A DNA stretch of 64,000 nucleotides. Source: Camelus ferus. Taxonomy: Eukaryota. Below the pieces are notes generated by a model. The model was not told the origin of the DNA. It worked only from the letters and a program-made list of their open reading frames with translations, and searched no databases. Location of the stretch: the NCBI RefSeq assembly GCF_009834535.1, contig NC_045697.1, positions 26,972,001 through 27,036,000 on the forward strand, given 5' to 3'. Made by a program: the position numbers and the translations under genes. Shown one piece after another: positions 50,916 to 63,650 of this stretch. Within the stretch, counting starts at the first letter, position 1; the number at the start of each line of letters is the position of its first letter.

Positions 50916-52138
50916 TCCTGTGGGGTATAATTGGTCTACAAATTTTGCACCTGCCGGAACTGCCAAGCAAAATCCATGTCTTTCCCCAAAGCATTGGCAC
51001 CACTTTGAACATAGCTGAAATAGGAACACAGCTTTTTATCCTGTTGTTTAAAAAGAGAAGCCAAAAAAGAATGCCAGCTTCTTCTGGTGTTAAATTTTCT
51101 GCATTAGTCCACCAGCAAGAGAGAATACTGTCAAGAAATCTTTAAACTACCCCAAAACAGATAGGTGTATCCTCATGGACTTTGTTGCCATGCTTACATG
51201 TACCTTTTTTTGCTAATGAAGATTGTAAGATCTTTTTCCAGCTATCTCTGGAAAGCAGTAGGATTCTGGGCCTCCTCCAAAGACAGTGAGTCAATGCATT
51301 TTATGTGTTAGCATATCAGCCTAAGAAAATATTAAGGACTGAAAATTTGGGAATCTAAGCCAGTCTCATGTTTACTTAGTGAAGAAAATTAAAGGTAGGT
51401 CAAGAGCTTATCAGTTTCTGGTTTTGTTTTACCTCTACCCCGTACTTCTTTCTAGAAATATTCTAGAAATCTGTAGATTGTCACGCATATTTTTATATGC
51501 TCCGTTCCTTAAATCTACTTTAATTGGTTTTGGACTGTTTCCACAAACTGGGTTTCCGCATTGCCCTCCACACTATGGAAGGTGGGGCTGTTCTGTTGAT
51601 TTTAGCTTTTCTTTAACCAAACTTTTTTTTTTTCTTTGAGCAAACTTTAATATGCAAAATTCTGAGAACCGCCATCCTTCCCACCTTGCTCTTAGGGACG
51701 TCTAGTGTTTGTTAATGAAAAAAATGAAGGAAAGAGAAAACAGCCTCTTGGGATCCTTCCAATATTTCCTGGAAAATTGCTTACCTTGGATTAAGAATGC
51801 TTCAGTGGGAGAAATAAAAATAATAACTGTGCGAGATGTATTTAACTCAGGTTTGAACAGGCATCTTAATGGAGACAGACCTTGTCTGCAGAGTTGTTGG
51901 TTCCCTTAGATAAGTCAGTGGATTGCCAAGGAATGGGGGGAAAATACTTAGAGTACACATTTTCCTGGTGGTTATTAGGCAGCTTTTTTTTTTTTCTAGT
52001 ATTGCTATTATGAATGTCAGGTTCTTTATTTTCTTGGGATGTCCATTCTTCCTAACTTACCAGAAACGATGCTGAGAAGAAATCCTGACCAAGTTTTTGG
52101 TCTCTCAGGATTTTGTTGTTGGTTGGAAGGGAATCAGT

Positions 52139-52140
<2 letters not shown>

Positions 52141-52187
<47 letters not shown>
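52141..52187. repeat. (TG)~23 microsatellite
   Basis: Read directly; perfect run. Confidence 0.97.
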
Positions 52188-52188
<1 letters not shown>

Positions 52189-52819
52189 AGTGGCATTTAA
52201 GGAAGCAAGATGAAATAGGTAGTCCATACAGAGTAGCCATCTTTTTTTTTTTTTTTAACTTTTGAAAATCACTGCTCCAAGAAACATGCAATTTAAATCC
52301 AAGGTCATTGACTGCAGTCTGAGCTGACCAGATGGCTAATGCTTTTTCTAGAGGATGAGTGCACACACTGATGATATAACATCATGAAACCCAGGAATTT
52401 AGGTCACAAGAACCCATGTGGACATCCAGGAAGGTCCCAGGACTCCACTCTAGTGTGGCCACAGTTGAGGTGTCTCCTGAACCTTGAAGCCATTCCTTGA
52501 ATTCTGCTTCCTTTAATCCGACCCCACTGCCCTGGATCTAGTAGTATCAGGGTCAGTTGGTTAACAGATATTTACTGAGCACCCACTGCATACCTGGCCC
52601 TGGGCTGAACACTGGGCAGTTTCCTTATGTTTACATTCTAGCACAGAACAGCCTAGAAGTGGGTGAAAAGTCTTTCCTTTACTCACCTAAAATCAGTCAA
52701 ATACCTATTATATGTCAAGCGCTCTTCTACACACTGAGGATGCAATTGTGAAAAAATTCAGACTCTTCTGTGCGAGATACAGCCTGTACTGTGAGATTCA
52801 GAACCGGCACCCCTAATCT

Positions 52820-52953
52820 AGCCCGGGCCAGAGAGTAAATATTTCAGGCTTTGTGGGTTATGCGACGTCTGTTGCAACTAAGTGCTGCTCTGACCCGAAA
52901 GCAGTCGTAGACAACTCGTAACGACTAGGGAGAGCTGTCTGCCAGTCAGGCTT

Positions 52954-53001
<48 letters not shown>

Positions 53002-53055
53002 ACAAACACACACACACACACACACACACATACACAAAAGTAGCCTGACCCCCAC
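52820..53055 (+). mobile_element. MER58A-like MITE containing a (CA)n tract
   Basis: gggccagagagtaaatatttcaggctttgtggg...gtctgttgcaacta...aaagcagtcgtagacaa. Confidence 0.75.
52958..53036. repeat. Interrupted (CA)n microsatellite, ~79 bp
   Basis: Read directly from the sequence. Confidence 0.97.
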
Positions 53056-54229
53056 TCTAGACCCTCCACCAGGACAGCAGCATGGTTTAGCAAAAGTAAT
53101 ACTGGCGGTCCCTTAGCTTCTCAGGGTTTCAGTTCCCAGTCGGTAGTACACGTGAGCTAGAGTTATATTTTCTCAGGGCCTTCCCACCCCAAACTGCTGC
53201 AATTCCAAGTTTAACCTTTTCTCACAGCAGTTTCATAGCCATTTATTTGTCCTCGCTGTCTGTACTAAAATGAATAATTTAACCAGGATGTTCACAGATC
53301 TCACTGTAGAATGGGAGAGACTGAGCTAGGGCCAACTTAACTGACATGTTCTAGTCCCTGTTTTAATACCTGTAGCCTCAGTCCGTCGTGGTGTGGCTGG
53401 CCAGCCAGGGGCAGAGAGTGATGGGCTTTTGGCAGCAGGGCCTTGCCTGCTCACACGAGGAAGGACAGGCCCAGGAGCTGGAGGACCAGTAGCATCATAA
53501 TAACAGCTACTGTGACCGATGGCTTACCTGTGCCAATACCAAGTATGTGATCCAGAGAATAACAGCTCTTACAGTTCTGAAGGTGCAGATACTTAAGGAA
53601 TCAGAAATAGTGCAGTCTACAAGAGCGATGTGAGAGTTGACCCCCGCCCCTGAAAATCTCCCTTGAAGTAGCTGCACAGAAATCTGTTCCTAATATTTCT
53701 TTTTACATTGGACTGATGGTGAATATACAGCCTGTTTTTTCTAGAACGACCCTAACGTCAGATCAAGGTCACTCAGAGGTTGAACGAGTCCTGGATAACG
53801 TTTTTGCTCTTGTTTTCAAGGCTCTCAGTGTATTAAAAAAAAGTCAGTGACAAAATGGGATTATAAAAATTGAAGAATATTTTAAATGCTTACACATACA
53901 GATTTGCAATATTGCCCACATGCATAAAGGGGATAAAATTTTCCTATTCTCAAGATAAAGTCTTAGTTCATAGGGAACTGCAGGAGATTTATTATGGAAA
54001 CATGGAAACATGGGGCTGAAGTTCAAAGCTGTGTAATGAACATTGTCTATTTTCAGTCCTGTCTGTGTAGCTCTGGGCGTATATTTGGAGATACTTGTCC
54101 AGAGTCTGCATTGAGGCCCCTCAGGAATGGGGAGCCCAGGTTAGCTGACTGCCTGTAACCCATATCCCCATGTTTCCTGCTGTGCCCACAGTGATAGGCT
54201 TGAGGACATAAATCCTATCATTTTGAAGA

Positions 54230-54430
54230 CTCCGTGGTGTGAATGAAAGAGCTTGACCTATGAATCCTGGCTCCACTGTTTACTAGTGGTGTAACCTTAT
54301 GTGAGTCGGCGATGCTTGCTAAACCGAACTCCATATTCATAAGATGGAACCAATGATGCTTATTTCACAGGGTTGCTGGAAGAAAATGAAGCAATGAGTG
54401 TAAAGTACCAAACACGGAATGGATGCTGAA
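54230..54430 (+). mobile_element. MIR SINE
   Basis: tgaatcctggctccactgtttactagtggtgtaacctt...tttcacagggttgctgga. Confidence 0.75.
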
Positions 54431-56877
54431 GTGTCAGACACCATCACTCCCACCACCGCCACCACACACACACACACGCACTCTTACACTCACACGTATA
54501 CACACTCATGCATCTGATCCAGAGCCCGAGTTTGGTTTTGAACATCTGGTGTATGTGGCTACACTGCCTGCCTAGGCCCAGTCGAGGGTCCTGTGGCCAT
54601 ACCCTCCCCGAGCACCCAATAGCCCCTCAGCTGCGGTGACTTGGCCACTGGGCTCTGCCTCCCGTTTCGTTCCCCCTCACCTGCCCTTGGTAAATGAATG
54701 TGTGAGAGACAGCATGCAGATCTGACACAAATCTCTTACGCCCATATGTGAGGAAACACTGAGGCAGAATAGGACTTTATAAATAGAAAAGGTAATAGCC
54801 AGTGGACACTGGAGCACCTCCATATTTCCAGGAGGATTGCCAGCCATTTCTCCTGGGGCCCCTGCTGGTAAGAGGGACGCACCTTGTGGCCTCCGCCTGG
54901 GAAGATCTTGTGCTGCAAAGACAGAGAAAAGAGATGAACTTAACAGAAGTTAAGAATTCAGATCTGATTCCCTGGCGTCTGTTGGTGTCTCTTGGGAAAA
55001 CAGGGTCTCTGCCTGGGTAGGTGATTGCTGGGCAGGTTTTTCTTGCTCTTGTGCCTGGATGAACTCTGAATCTGAAGAGCAGTGATGCCTTGTGGATCCA
55101 GCATTTCCTGGCTTGTGTTGGAGAAACAGCCTCCTGGCTGCCTCCAACTGTTGGGCCCATAAATCATCTTTACTTCATTATCAGAGGAAAATTAAGAAAC
55201 GGAAAAGCAAGGAAAATCAAAATCACGTCACACATTACAAGTATGTAAAATTTATAGTTCGAACCATAGACTTTGAACTTGGAAACTGCAAGGAGGATGA
55301 CTTTACTAAAATTGGAAAGTGCCAAAAGTGTTAAGCAACAGAGAGAAATGGTTAATTAACTGGCATAATTAATTGGAATAATTTGTAGCCATTTTAAAAC
55401 AATCATTACAGGCATTATGGATTGTCATGGAAAAGGCTAGAAACATAATGTCAAGGGAGAAAAAAGCAGGACATGAAGCTATCTATATGTTGTGTGAAAT
55501 TGGTGTGCAGGTGGACATAAGCTAAAACAAATCCTGGGGAAAAACTGAACACCTAACACAAGGTTAGGTTGCTATGTTTCCAGCTGATTTTTTTCCACCC
55601 TTTTCCCCAAATTTATGTGCTTATATGTATATGTGCATGTGTGTGTATAATTATATCTATTTTTATATATGTGTATTATATATAAATATGTACCCATACA
55701 AACATTTCTAATGAAATGAAGTTCTTTAAGCATTTGGAAAAGATTGGAGATATTTGTGAGCAGAGCAGATGCAAAAGGAAAAAAAAAACTTTTTAATACT
55801 TTAAAAAAGTACCGAGACTTTGTACCAACCAAGGACTAAACTTTGAAATCCATCAACAGAGGAGTGAATTTCACACTTTGTACCACAGATGACTGTGCTT
55901 TACTGAAGTAACTGGGATCTTTTTTTCTGTGGAGATCCTAGATATAAATCATGGTTTTGTTTTCCTTGGTTTCAGCAGCATTCCTCTTTGATCATTACTT
56001 CACACAAGGTCAAGATATTTCCTTGTGTGAAGCAGTGGTTCACTTCTCATAACCTCCGATGACAAAGGGCCCCTGTGTGAGGACGCAGGAATTCCTCTTG
56101 GAACACGGGGAAGGCCCCCAGCTGAATCGCATCCAAGGAAGATGTTGCAAAGCTTGCAAAGCTTGTTGGGAGAAAGGAGCCCAGCTGGAGATCTTTTCTT
56201 TCTATTCAGATACTGGCCCTGCTTGGGGGGTGGGGGGTGGGGGAAATCCACAAAAGAAAACCCCGAAAACAGGCCTGAATGCATTTACAAATTACAAGGA
56301 AAAGTTAATTCTTGCAACAAGTGTTGGTGCCAACTCAGGCTAATCATATTTAGAATTTAACTCCACTTGGAAAAGAAACTCTGTTTTTCTTCTCATGGAA
56401 GTTAAAGGCAGCAGAGATGGACTGTCCCCTGTATGGCGTAAATTCCGAGTTAAAACCTGTATGTGGGCAAGTTACCAGCCGGCTCAGTTCACCTCGGCCA
56501 CCTCCAGTGACTCGCAGCCCACTGGGAGTCCCACGTGTTGCCACCAGTTACTATTATGAAGCGGAAATCTCATCAAGTGGAGCCTGAGCATGGCATTCGC
56601 AGTCCCCCTCCACCTCCACTCCTGTGTGTTAGGCGTCCCCAGGCTTCCTTTCCCACCGCTCACAAACCTCTTCTCCTCCAGCCCTTCACCTCTGCCTCGG
56701 CCTTGGGAGGATTTATAGAACGACACACAGTACCTGCACGTGGGCTGTACTGGGCTTTCGGTAAATGTCAATGCCCTTTTCCCTTCTTCTCTTTGCCCTT
56801 CTCTGAACACCAATTCCTCTTCCTGTTATAGGTACTTAATTTCCTAATCAATGATAGATCCTTTCACAAAAGCCAGA

Positions 56878-57066
56878 AAACAGGGGACCTACTGCATAGC
56901 ACAGGGAACTGTACTCAATTTCTTGTAATAACCCAGAATGGAAAAGAATCTGAAAATATGTTTGCGTGTATATATAACTGAATTGCTTTGCTGTACCCCT
57001 GAAACTAACATTGTAAATCAACTACACTTCAGTAAAAAAAGTAAAATTAAGCTAAACATAAAAAAA
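56878..57066 (+). mobile_element. L1 3' end (artiodactyl-type)
   Basis: gacctactgcatagcacagggaactgtactcaa...ataactgaattgctttgctgtacccctgaaactaacattgtaaatcaactacacttc plus an A-rich tail. Confidence 0.88.
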
Positions 57067-57234
57067 GAAAACCAGGTAGTGATGAGAAGAAAGGGGAGGT
57101 GAGGAGAGCCTCTTCTCCATTGAGGGCCCCTCTTCCCCTGCCGGCTGAGTGGATGTTGGAAATTAAGAACAATGAGGAGAGTGGCATTTTTGTGCTTCTG
57201 CCACCTGCTTGTCCTGATTCATGCATTATCTATA

Positions 57235-57370
57235 CACGTCACATCTGAAAAAACAAAGCCCAGAGAGGTTGAGAGATTTTCTTGAGGCCACACAGCAAAT
57301 AAGTAGTGGAGCTAAAATTCAGACTCAGGAGTTTCTGAGTTCTCCAAAACGCTCTCCTCTTTCCACTACA
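57235..57370 (-). mobile_element. MIR SINE
   Basis: gcccagagaggttgagagattttcttgaggccacacagcaaataagtagtggagct. Confidence 0.72.
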
Positions 57371-57662
57371 TGAAAGTACTTTCCCGAAGACTAATGGCCA
57401 CCCAACATTTGCCCTCAGCACCTGTAGGTGGTCAGACAGTAAGCACATGTAAGAAATAGCTCTTTCCAGCTCCAGTGGTAGCTCCAATTAAAGACTAAAC
57501 TTGAAGTAAAACTTCCACTTCATATACAGATAACTTAGCTGGTTAAATATTAAACTTAACAAGGCTCTACTTACTAATAGACCCATGAAGTGGGATCCCT
57601 TCAGAGGTTTAATGTACTTGAAAATGCAAAAAAAAAAAAAAATCATTTAAGAACCTCCAGAC

Positions 57663-57874
57663 CAGCATCATCCAACAGAACTTTCTGTGTTGAAAAAAAG
57701 GTTCTGTGTCTACACAGTCCAATATGGTAGCCACTAGACACATGTGGCTTTCGAGCACTTGAAATGTGGCAGGCTGGTGTAACCAAAGAACTGAACTTTT
57801 AATGTATTTAATTTTTAGTAATTTAAATTTAGATAGCCACATATGGCTAGTAGTTACCATATTGAACTGCATGG
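57663..57874. mobile_element. MER3 hAT-Charlie MITE
   Basis: tccaacagaactttctg...gtccaatatggtagccactagacacatgtggct...agccacatatggctagtagttaccatattg. Confidence 0.85.
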
Positions 57875-58279
57875 CTCTAAGAGCTTCTGACAGGTTGATT
57901 GCTGGTCCCTACATTTGCATAATGCTTTGCCTGTAAGCTCTGTTAAATCCCTGGATCATAATTATTTGTTTATGTTTTGCCCACCTCACCAGGCTGTAAC
58001 GTTCTGTCCCATTCATCCTGCTAGGTCATCTGCCAGTGCCCCCAGTCCTAGGTGTTAATAGTTAATGTAGGTTAAATAAATGGACGGGAGTTGGCTTTTT
58101 TCAGAAGGGTCATTGTTACTGTTTGCTATCATCTGGTTTACCCTTTCTCATGACTTTGCTCTTATGACAAAATTGGTTTCCAAATCTTCAGATGAAGCCC
58201 TGACTGCTCACTTGTGAGCACATTTTTCTTTCCTCAAAGGAAATAATTTCTTTAGCGATTATTTTGGTGATTTGCCTCA

Positions 58280-59690
58280 ATTTCTCTGAATGAATGTTTC
58301 TATTGCCATTTCTTGATTTTTTTTTTTTTTTTCAGTTTTAGGCATCATCTTCCACATGGAAGAAGATGATATAGCTCCCACCGCCTGCCCCACCACACAC
58401 AAGGAATGTTCCCACTCCCCACAGAACCCCTCCCCACTCCAGCTTTAGTCGGATGAATAACTGTGTTTATTCTATGTCAGTGCTGCTCACAGCTAAGCCA
58501 GGTAGAGAATATTTCCTTTCCTGCAGAGGTTTTTCTCTGGAGGTAACAAATGGCTCTTTTTTTTTTTTCATTTGTTCAGGATTCTGTATCCTTACCACCG
58601 ATTTGACCCCAAATTCTTTATCATATATACGTTTCTCTTGGGGACACGTCAGTGAGTCTATCAATTTCATCTCTAAAAAGAACACCACCCAGAGCCTTTT
58701 TCCCTTCTCCAGCCCGAAGGAGCTGTCCTCCTGGCTGCGCACATTGCTGGCATCCTGGGACGTCCCATCACCATTGTCCTGGGGGTTACTTTTGCCTCCC
58801 TCCTGTGTTTAATGCCCCACTTCCTGTTTCCCTTGCCTTCCCCTCTTGGTTTACTACCTCATTTGTTTGTTACATCTTCTAACAGCCTCCTTCCCAGGAA
58901 GGGAAGGTGTGTGAAGAGTCAAATTTTTGAGAACTTTCATATCTGAAAATGTCTTTATCCTACCCTCTCACTTAATTGGTCTTTTGGCCAAGTTTAGAAT
59001 AGTGTGTGTTGTGTTTAAGAAGTCACACCATTCTGACCCCTGGCTCTTTGGATGTGATCTGGTTTTTTCTTTCTAAAAGCCTGTGGGATCTTGGCTTTTA
59101 GCTAGCTCTGAAATATCACAGTGATGTCTTGGCGTTGGGTCTATTTTTATTTATTGTGTTAGTCCCTTGGTGAGTGCTTTTACCTAGAAGCTCATTCCTC
59201 CAGTTCTGTGAAATTTTCAGATTATTTGGTTGATGAATGCCTCGCCTCCTCCTATTTGTTTTCTTTTTGGAACTCCTACTAGATATTGGATCTCCTGGAC
59301 TTGTCCTCTAGTTCTGAGTTTTTTGTTTGTTTGTTTGTTTTTTATCCTTTCTATGTCTTTATCTCTTTTGCTACTTTATGTGAGACTTCCTCATGTTTTT
59401 CTTCTAGACTCTGTATTGAAATATTCGTTTTTGCTGTCTTGTTTTAATTTCCAAAAACTTTTTGTTGTTGTTCTCTGATTATTAACTTCTTAAAGAACGT
59501 TTTGTGCTTTTTGGATGCAAATGACATACTGAAGATTATTACTGTCAGTTGTTTTGTTTGTGTTTTCTTCTCCCTGCTCTTTGTTTCAAGCACTCTTTTG
59601 TTCGTTGGTTGATTGGTTTCAGTCTCTACGTTTCATGTTAGGGCCTCTCCTCAGATGTCTGGAGAGCAAGAGGGTGGCTGCCAGCACTCC
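58280..59690 (-). mobile_element. Ancient HAL1/L1M-like LINE relic (second copy)
   Basis: attgccatttcttgattt...ttcagttttaggcat; atctgaaaatgtctttatcctaccctctcacttaattg. Shares blocks with 42900-45230. Confidence 0.55.
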
Positions 59691-59700
59691 CAGAGCCAAC

Positions 59701-59875
59701 ACTGCATTGAATGTAAGATGTCATCAATTGTAACATCTAGTTGTCTTATACATCATAAAAATAGAAAACAATGCAGCTAATTTAATCATGATGTGCCAGT
59801 GATTATGTGTTCCAATTTCAGAGATATTAAAAGGTAAATGAATACATGTGCATCTTAGATTTGATTAAATATGTA
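59701..59875. mobile_element. MER104-like TcMar MITE
   Basis: cattgaatgtaagatgtcatcaattgtaa...atttcagagatattaaaa...tgtgcatcttagatttgattaaatatg has inverted ends. Confidence 0.6.
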
Positions 59876-60082
59876 CATTGTTTTATAATTTTGTGCATTG
59901 GTATAAAGCATCTGGCTTTTCAGTAATATTTTTAACTTGAATTTTTAGAAGACATGCAATGTGCCATCTGTAAACAAGTCACTGTCAGGGGACACAACAT
60001 GTAGATAAACAATGATGAAGTCATGGCCCCTCTCTACTAAAAGTTTACAGTCTGATGGAGGGAACGTTATATAAATGAACTG

Positions 60083-62390
60083 TAGGCATACCTCGGAAAT
60101 ATTGTAGGTTCAGTTCCGACCACCACAGTAAAGCAACTATCTCAGTTACGCTAGTTACATGAACCTTCGATTTCCCAGTGCATATAAAAGTTGTATTTAC
60201 ACTATACTGTAGTCTGTAAGTGTGCAGTAGTGTTATGTCTTAAAAATCTGCATACTTTAACTTGAAAATATTTTATTGCTAAAAAATGCTAACTGAGCCT
60301 TCAGCAAATCATAATCTTTTTACCGTCTTACCTCAGGGTTGATGGCTGCTGACTGATCAGGGTGGTGACTGCTAAAGGCTGTGGCAATTTCTTCAAGTAA
60401 GACAATGGCATTTGCCACATTGATTGACTCTTCCTTTCACAAATGATTCTCTGTTGCATGCAGCGCTGTTTGATGGTATTTTACCCACAGTAGAACGTCT
60501 TTCAAAATTGGAGTCAGTCCTCTCAAAGCCTGCTGCTGCTTTATAAACTAAGTTTAAGTAATATTTGAAATCCTTTGCTGTCATTTTGACAGTGTTCACA
60601 GCATCTCCATGAGTAGATTCCATCTTAAGGAATCACTTTCTGTGGTCATCATTAGAAGCAGCTCCCCATCCATTAAAGTTCTATCATGAAATTGCAGCAG
60701 TTCAGTCACATCTTCAGGCTCCACTTCTAATTCTAGTTCTCCTGCTGTTTCCACCACATCTGCAGTTACTTCCTCCACTGAAGTTGATGTCTTGAGACTC
60801 TCAAAGTCATCTATCACGGTTGGAATCTGTGTATGTTGATATTTTGCCATCTTCTCGTGAATCACAAATGTTCTTAATGGCATCTAGAATGGTGAATCCT
60901 TTCCAGAATGTTTTCAGTTGACTGTGCCCAGATCCTTCAGAGCAGTCACCATCCATGGTAGCTATAGCCTTATGAAACATATTTCTTAAATAATAAGTCT
61001 AGAAAATTGAAACTACTTTTTGATCCACAAGCTGCAGAATGGATGTTGTATAAGCAGACAAGAAAACAGCGTAAGAATCTGATTGCACATCTCCATCAGA
61101 GCTCTTGGGGGACGAGGTACATTGTCAATGAGCAGTAATGTTTTGAAAGAAATCTTTTTGTTTGTTTGTTTCTGAGCAGTAGGTCTCAACAGTGGGTTTA
61201 AGATATTCAGCAAACCATCATGTAAATAGATGTGCTGTCATCCAGGCTTTGTTTTTCCACTGATAGAGCACAGGCAGAGTAGACATGGCATAATTTTTAG
61301 GGCCCTAGGATTTTCAGAATAGTAAGTGAGCACTGGCTCCAACTTAAAGCCATCAGCTACATTAGCCCCTGACAAGAGAGTCAGTCTATTCTTTGAAACT
61401 TTAAAGCCAAGCATTGACTTCTCCTCTCAAGCTATGAACGTCACAGATGGCATCTTCTTCCAATGTAAGGCAGTTTTATGTACACTGAAAATCTGTTGTG
61501 CAGCCTTCTTCATTTATTATCTCAGCTAGATCTTCTGCATAACTTGCTGCAGCTTCTACATCAGCACTTGCTGCTCCACCTTGCGCTTCGATGTTATGGG
61601 GACGGCTTCTTTCCTTGTAAACAGACTTCCGCTGCCTTCGCACTTTTCTCCAGCAGCTTCCTCCCCTCTCTCAGAGTTGAAGAGAGTTGGGGCCCTGCTC
61701 TGGACTAGCTTTCACTTAAGGGAATGTTGTGGCTCTTTCTGCCTTCTGTCTAGATCGCTAGGACTGTCTCCATATCAGCAAAAAGGCTGTTTTGCTTTCT
61801 TATCATTCGTGTGTTCACTGGAGTAGCATGTGTAATTTCCTTCAAGAACTTTCAGCCAAAAAAAAAACTTTCAGCCAATCTTGGCCTTGAACATGCCTTT
61901 CTCACTGAGCTTAATCATTTCTAGCTTTTGATGTAAAGTGAAAGACATGCGACTCTCCCTTTCACTTGAACACTCAGGGACCACTGTAGGGTTACTAATT
62001 GGCCTGATTTCAATATTGTTGTCTCAGGGAATAGGGAGGCTGGAGCAAAGGGATAGAGGTGGGGAAATGGCCGGAACACACACGGTTTATCAGTTTAGTT
62101 CGCAGTCCCACATGGCTGCAGTCTGGAACCGCAAAACAACCACAGTAGTAAGATCAAAGATAACTGGTCACAGGTCACCACAACAAATATAATAAAAAAA
62201 GTTTGAAATGTTGCAAGGATTACCAAAACGTGACAGAGAGACACAAAGTGAGCAAATGCTTTTGGAAAAATCGTGCCAATAGGCTCGCTTGATGCAGGGT
62301 TGCCACAAACTTTCAATTTGTAAAAACAAAACAAAACAAACAAAAAACCACACAGTTATCTGCAAAGCACAACAAAACAATATATTCCTG
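60083..62390 (-). mobile_element. Near-full-length Tigger1 DNA transposon with decayed transposase
   Basis: Terminal repeat taggcatacctcgg at 60083 and a degenerate ...tatattcctg at 62390. Minus-strand ORF fragments (TSVEEVTADVVETAGELELEVEPEDVTELLQFHD; YYLNLVYKAAAGFERTDSNFERRSTVGK; KTLLLIDNVP) are Tigger1/TIGD1-like. Inserted into an L2. Confidence 0.93.
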
Positions 62391-62519
62391 TTCTATAATC
62401 CAAGGCAGAAAGTGACCTGAGCCATCCAACAGGTTAAAGATTCTATAGAAATTAAAAGAATGGAGTAATTACCTTTCATTATTTTTTGTTTATTTAGTCC
62501 TTTTTTTTTTTTTAGCAAT

Positions 62520-62659
62520 TCTTTGTTTGTTTGTTTGTTTGCTGTTGTTGTTGTTTTGCAGGGAGGTAATTAGGTTTATTTTTTAATGGAGGCCCTAGAA
62601 ATTGAACCCAGGACTCGTGCATGCTAAGCAGGTACTCCGTCACTGAGCTATACCCTCCC
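62520..62659 (-). mobile_element. Camelid tRNA-derived SINE (vic-1-like)
   Basis: gggaggtaattaggtttattttttaatggagg...attgaacccaggactcgtgcatgctaagcaggtactccgtcactgagctataccctccc. Confidence 0.88.
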
Positions 62660-62997
62660 GCAGGAATTGTTGTTTCTTTTTTTAAGTATTCATGGAGGAA
62701 GTGATGTGTGAAATAAATTTTGAAGGATCAGTAGAATTTTGTAAAATACCAGTGGGCACGGAGGCATACCAACTGGGGAAACTAATACGTGGAAAGACAT
62801 AGAACAAGAAAAAGTATACGTAGGCATGTTTCCGCATGTTTAGAAAACAGTGAAAAACCCAGATTGGCTGGAAATAGGAGTGGCTAGAGGAGTTTCAGGG
62901 ATAACCTGGGAAGGCCGTTGGTACCGTATTGCAGAGGGCCTTGAATGCTTAGCTGGGGACGTTAAAGACTGGTCAGAAGTGCAGAGCCACTTAAGGC

Positions 62998-63135
62998 TTT
63001 TTTTTTTTTAACACCTTTATTGTGGTATGGTTCCTGTACCATAAACTACGCATATTTCAGATGCACAGTTTGATGAATTTTGATGGATGTGCACAACACC
63101 ACTGAGATCACTACCACAATCAAGATCGCTAACTT
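62998..63135 (-). mobile_element. Short L1 3' fragment
   Basis: Poly-T then ctttattgtggtatg...cagtttgatgaattttga...ccacaatcaagat. Confidence 0.7.
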
Positions 63136-63444
63136 GGGACTGGGCTAAGAGCATTTCTCTAAAAGTTTTTTCTGTATATAGTGAATTATGCTAGTAATCA
63201 CAGAGACATTGGTAAAAATTTAAACATTTGCTTTACTTTCTCAAATTCTGTACATCATGATTTTCATAATGAGCAAAACTATCTTCTAAATTAAGTATTT
63301 TATTGAACTTTATTAAGCATGTAATCACTGAAACTTTTGATTGTTTGATATGTCTCCAAGAAGCAAATTCCTTGAATTATTTTTCTGCTTAGTTGAAACT
63401 TTAGCCATCAGAGAAGAGGTGTATTGTTATGTAATGTTTATCAG

Positions 63445-63650
63445 CAGCAATAACTAACAGCAGCTTTTGGTTACTGAGCAATTCCAACATGCCAAGCACG
63501 TGATAAACAGTTTTCAGGATGTGCCATTTAAATCTTACTACAATCTCATTTTATAGATGAAACACTGACACTTGGGTAAATTGTTAATCGATTGTGAATT
63601 GATTGTTAATTGAGTGTCAGTTGCTGGGCTGCAAACTCAGGCCTGGCAAA
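63445..63650 (-). mobile_element. MIR SINE
   Basis: ttactgagcaattccaacatgccaagcac...ctcattttatagatgaaacactgac. Confidence 0.7.

Noticed and set aside
60393..61213. Functional TIGD1-like transposase gene
   Set aside because: Split across frames by stops and indels; a decayed Tigger1.
24040..62659. Inverted SINE pairs as dsRNA/A-to-I editing substrates
   Set aside because: Opposite-strand copies are 15-25 kb apart and diverged, so efficient pairing is unlikely.
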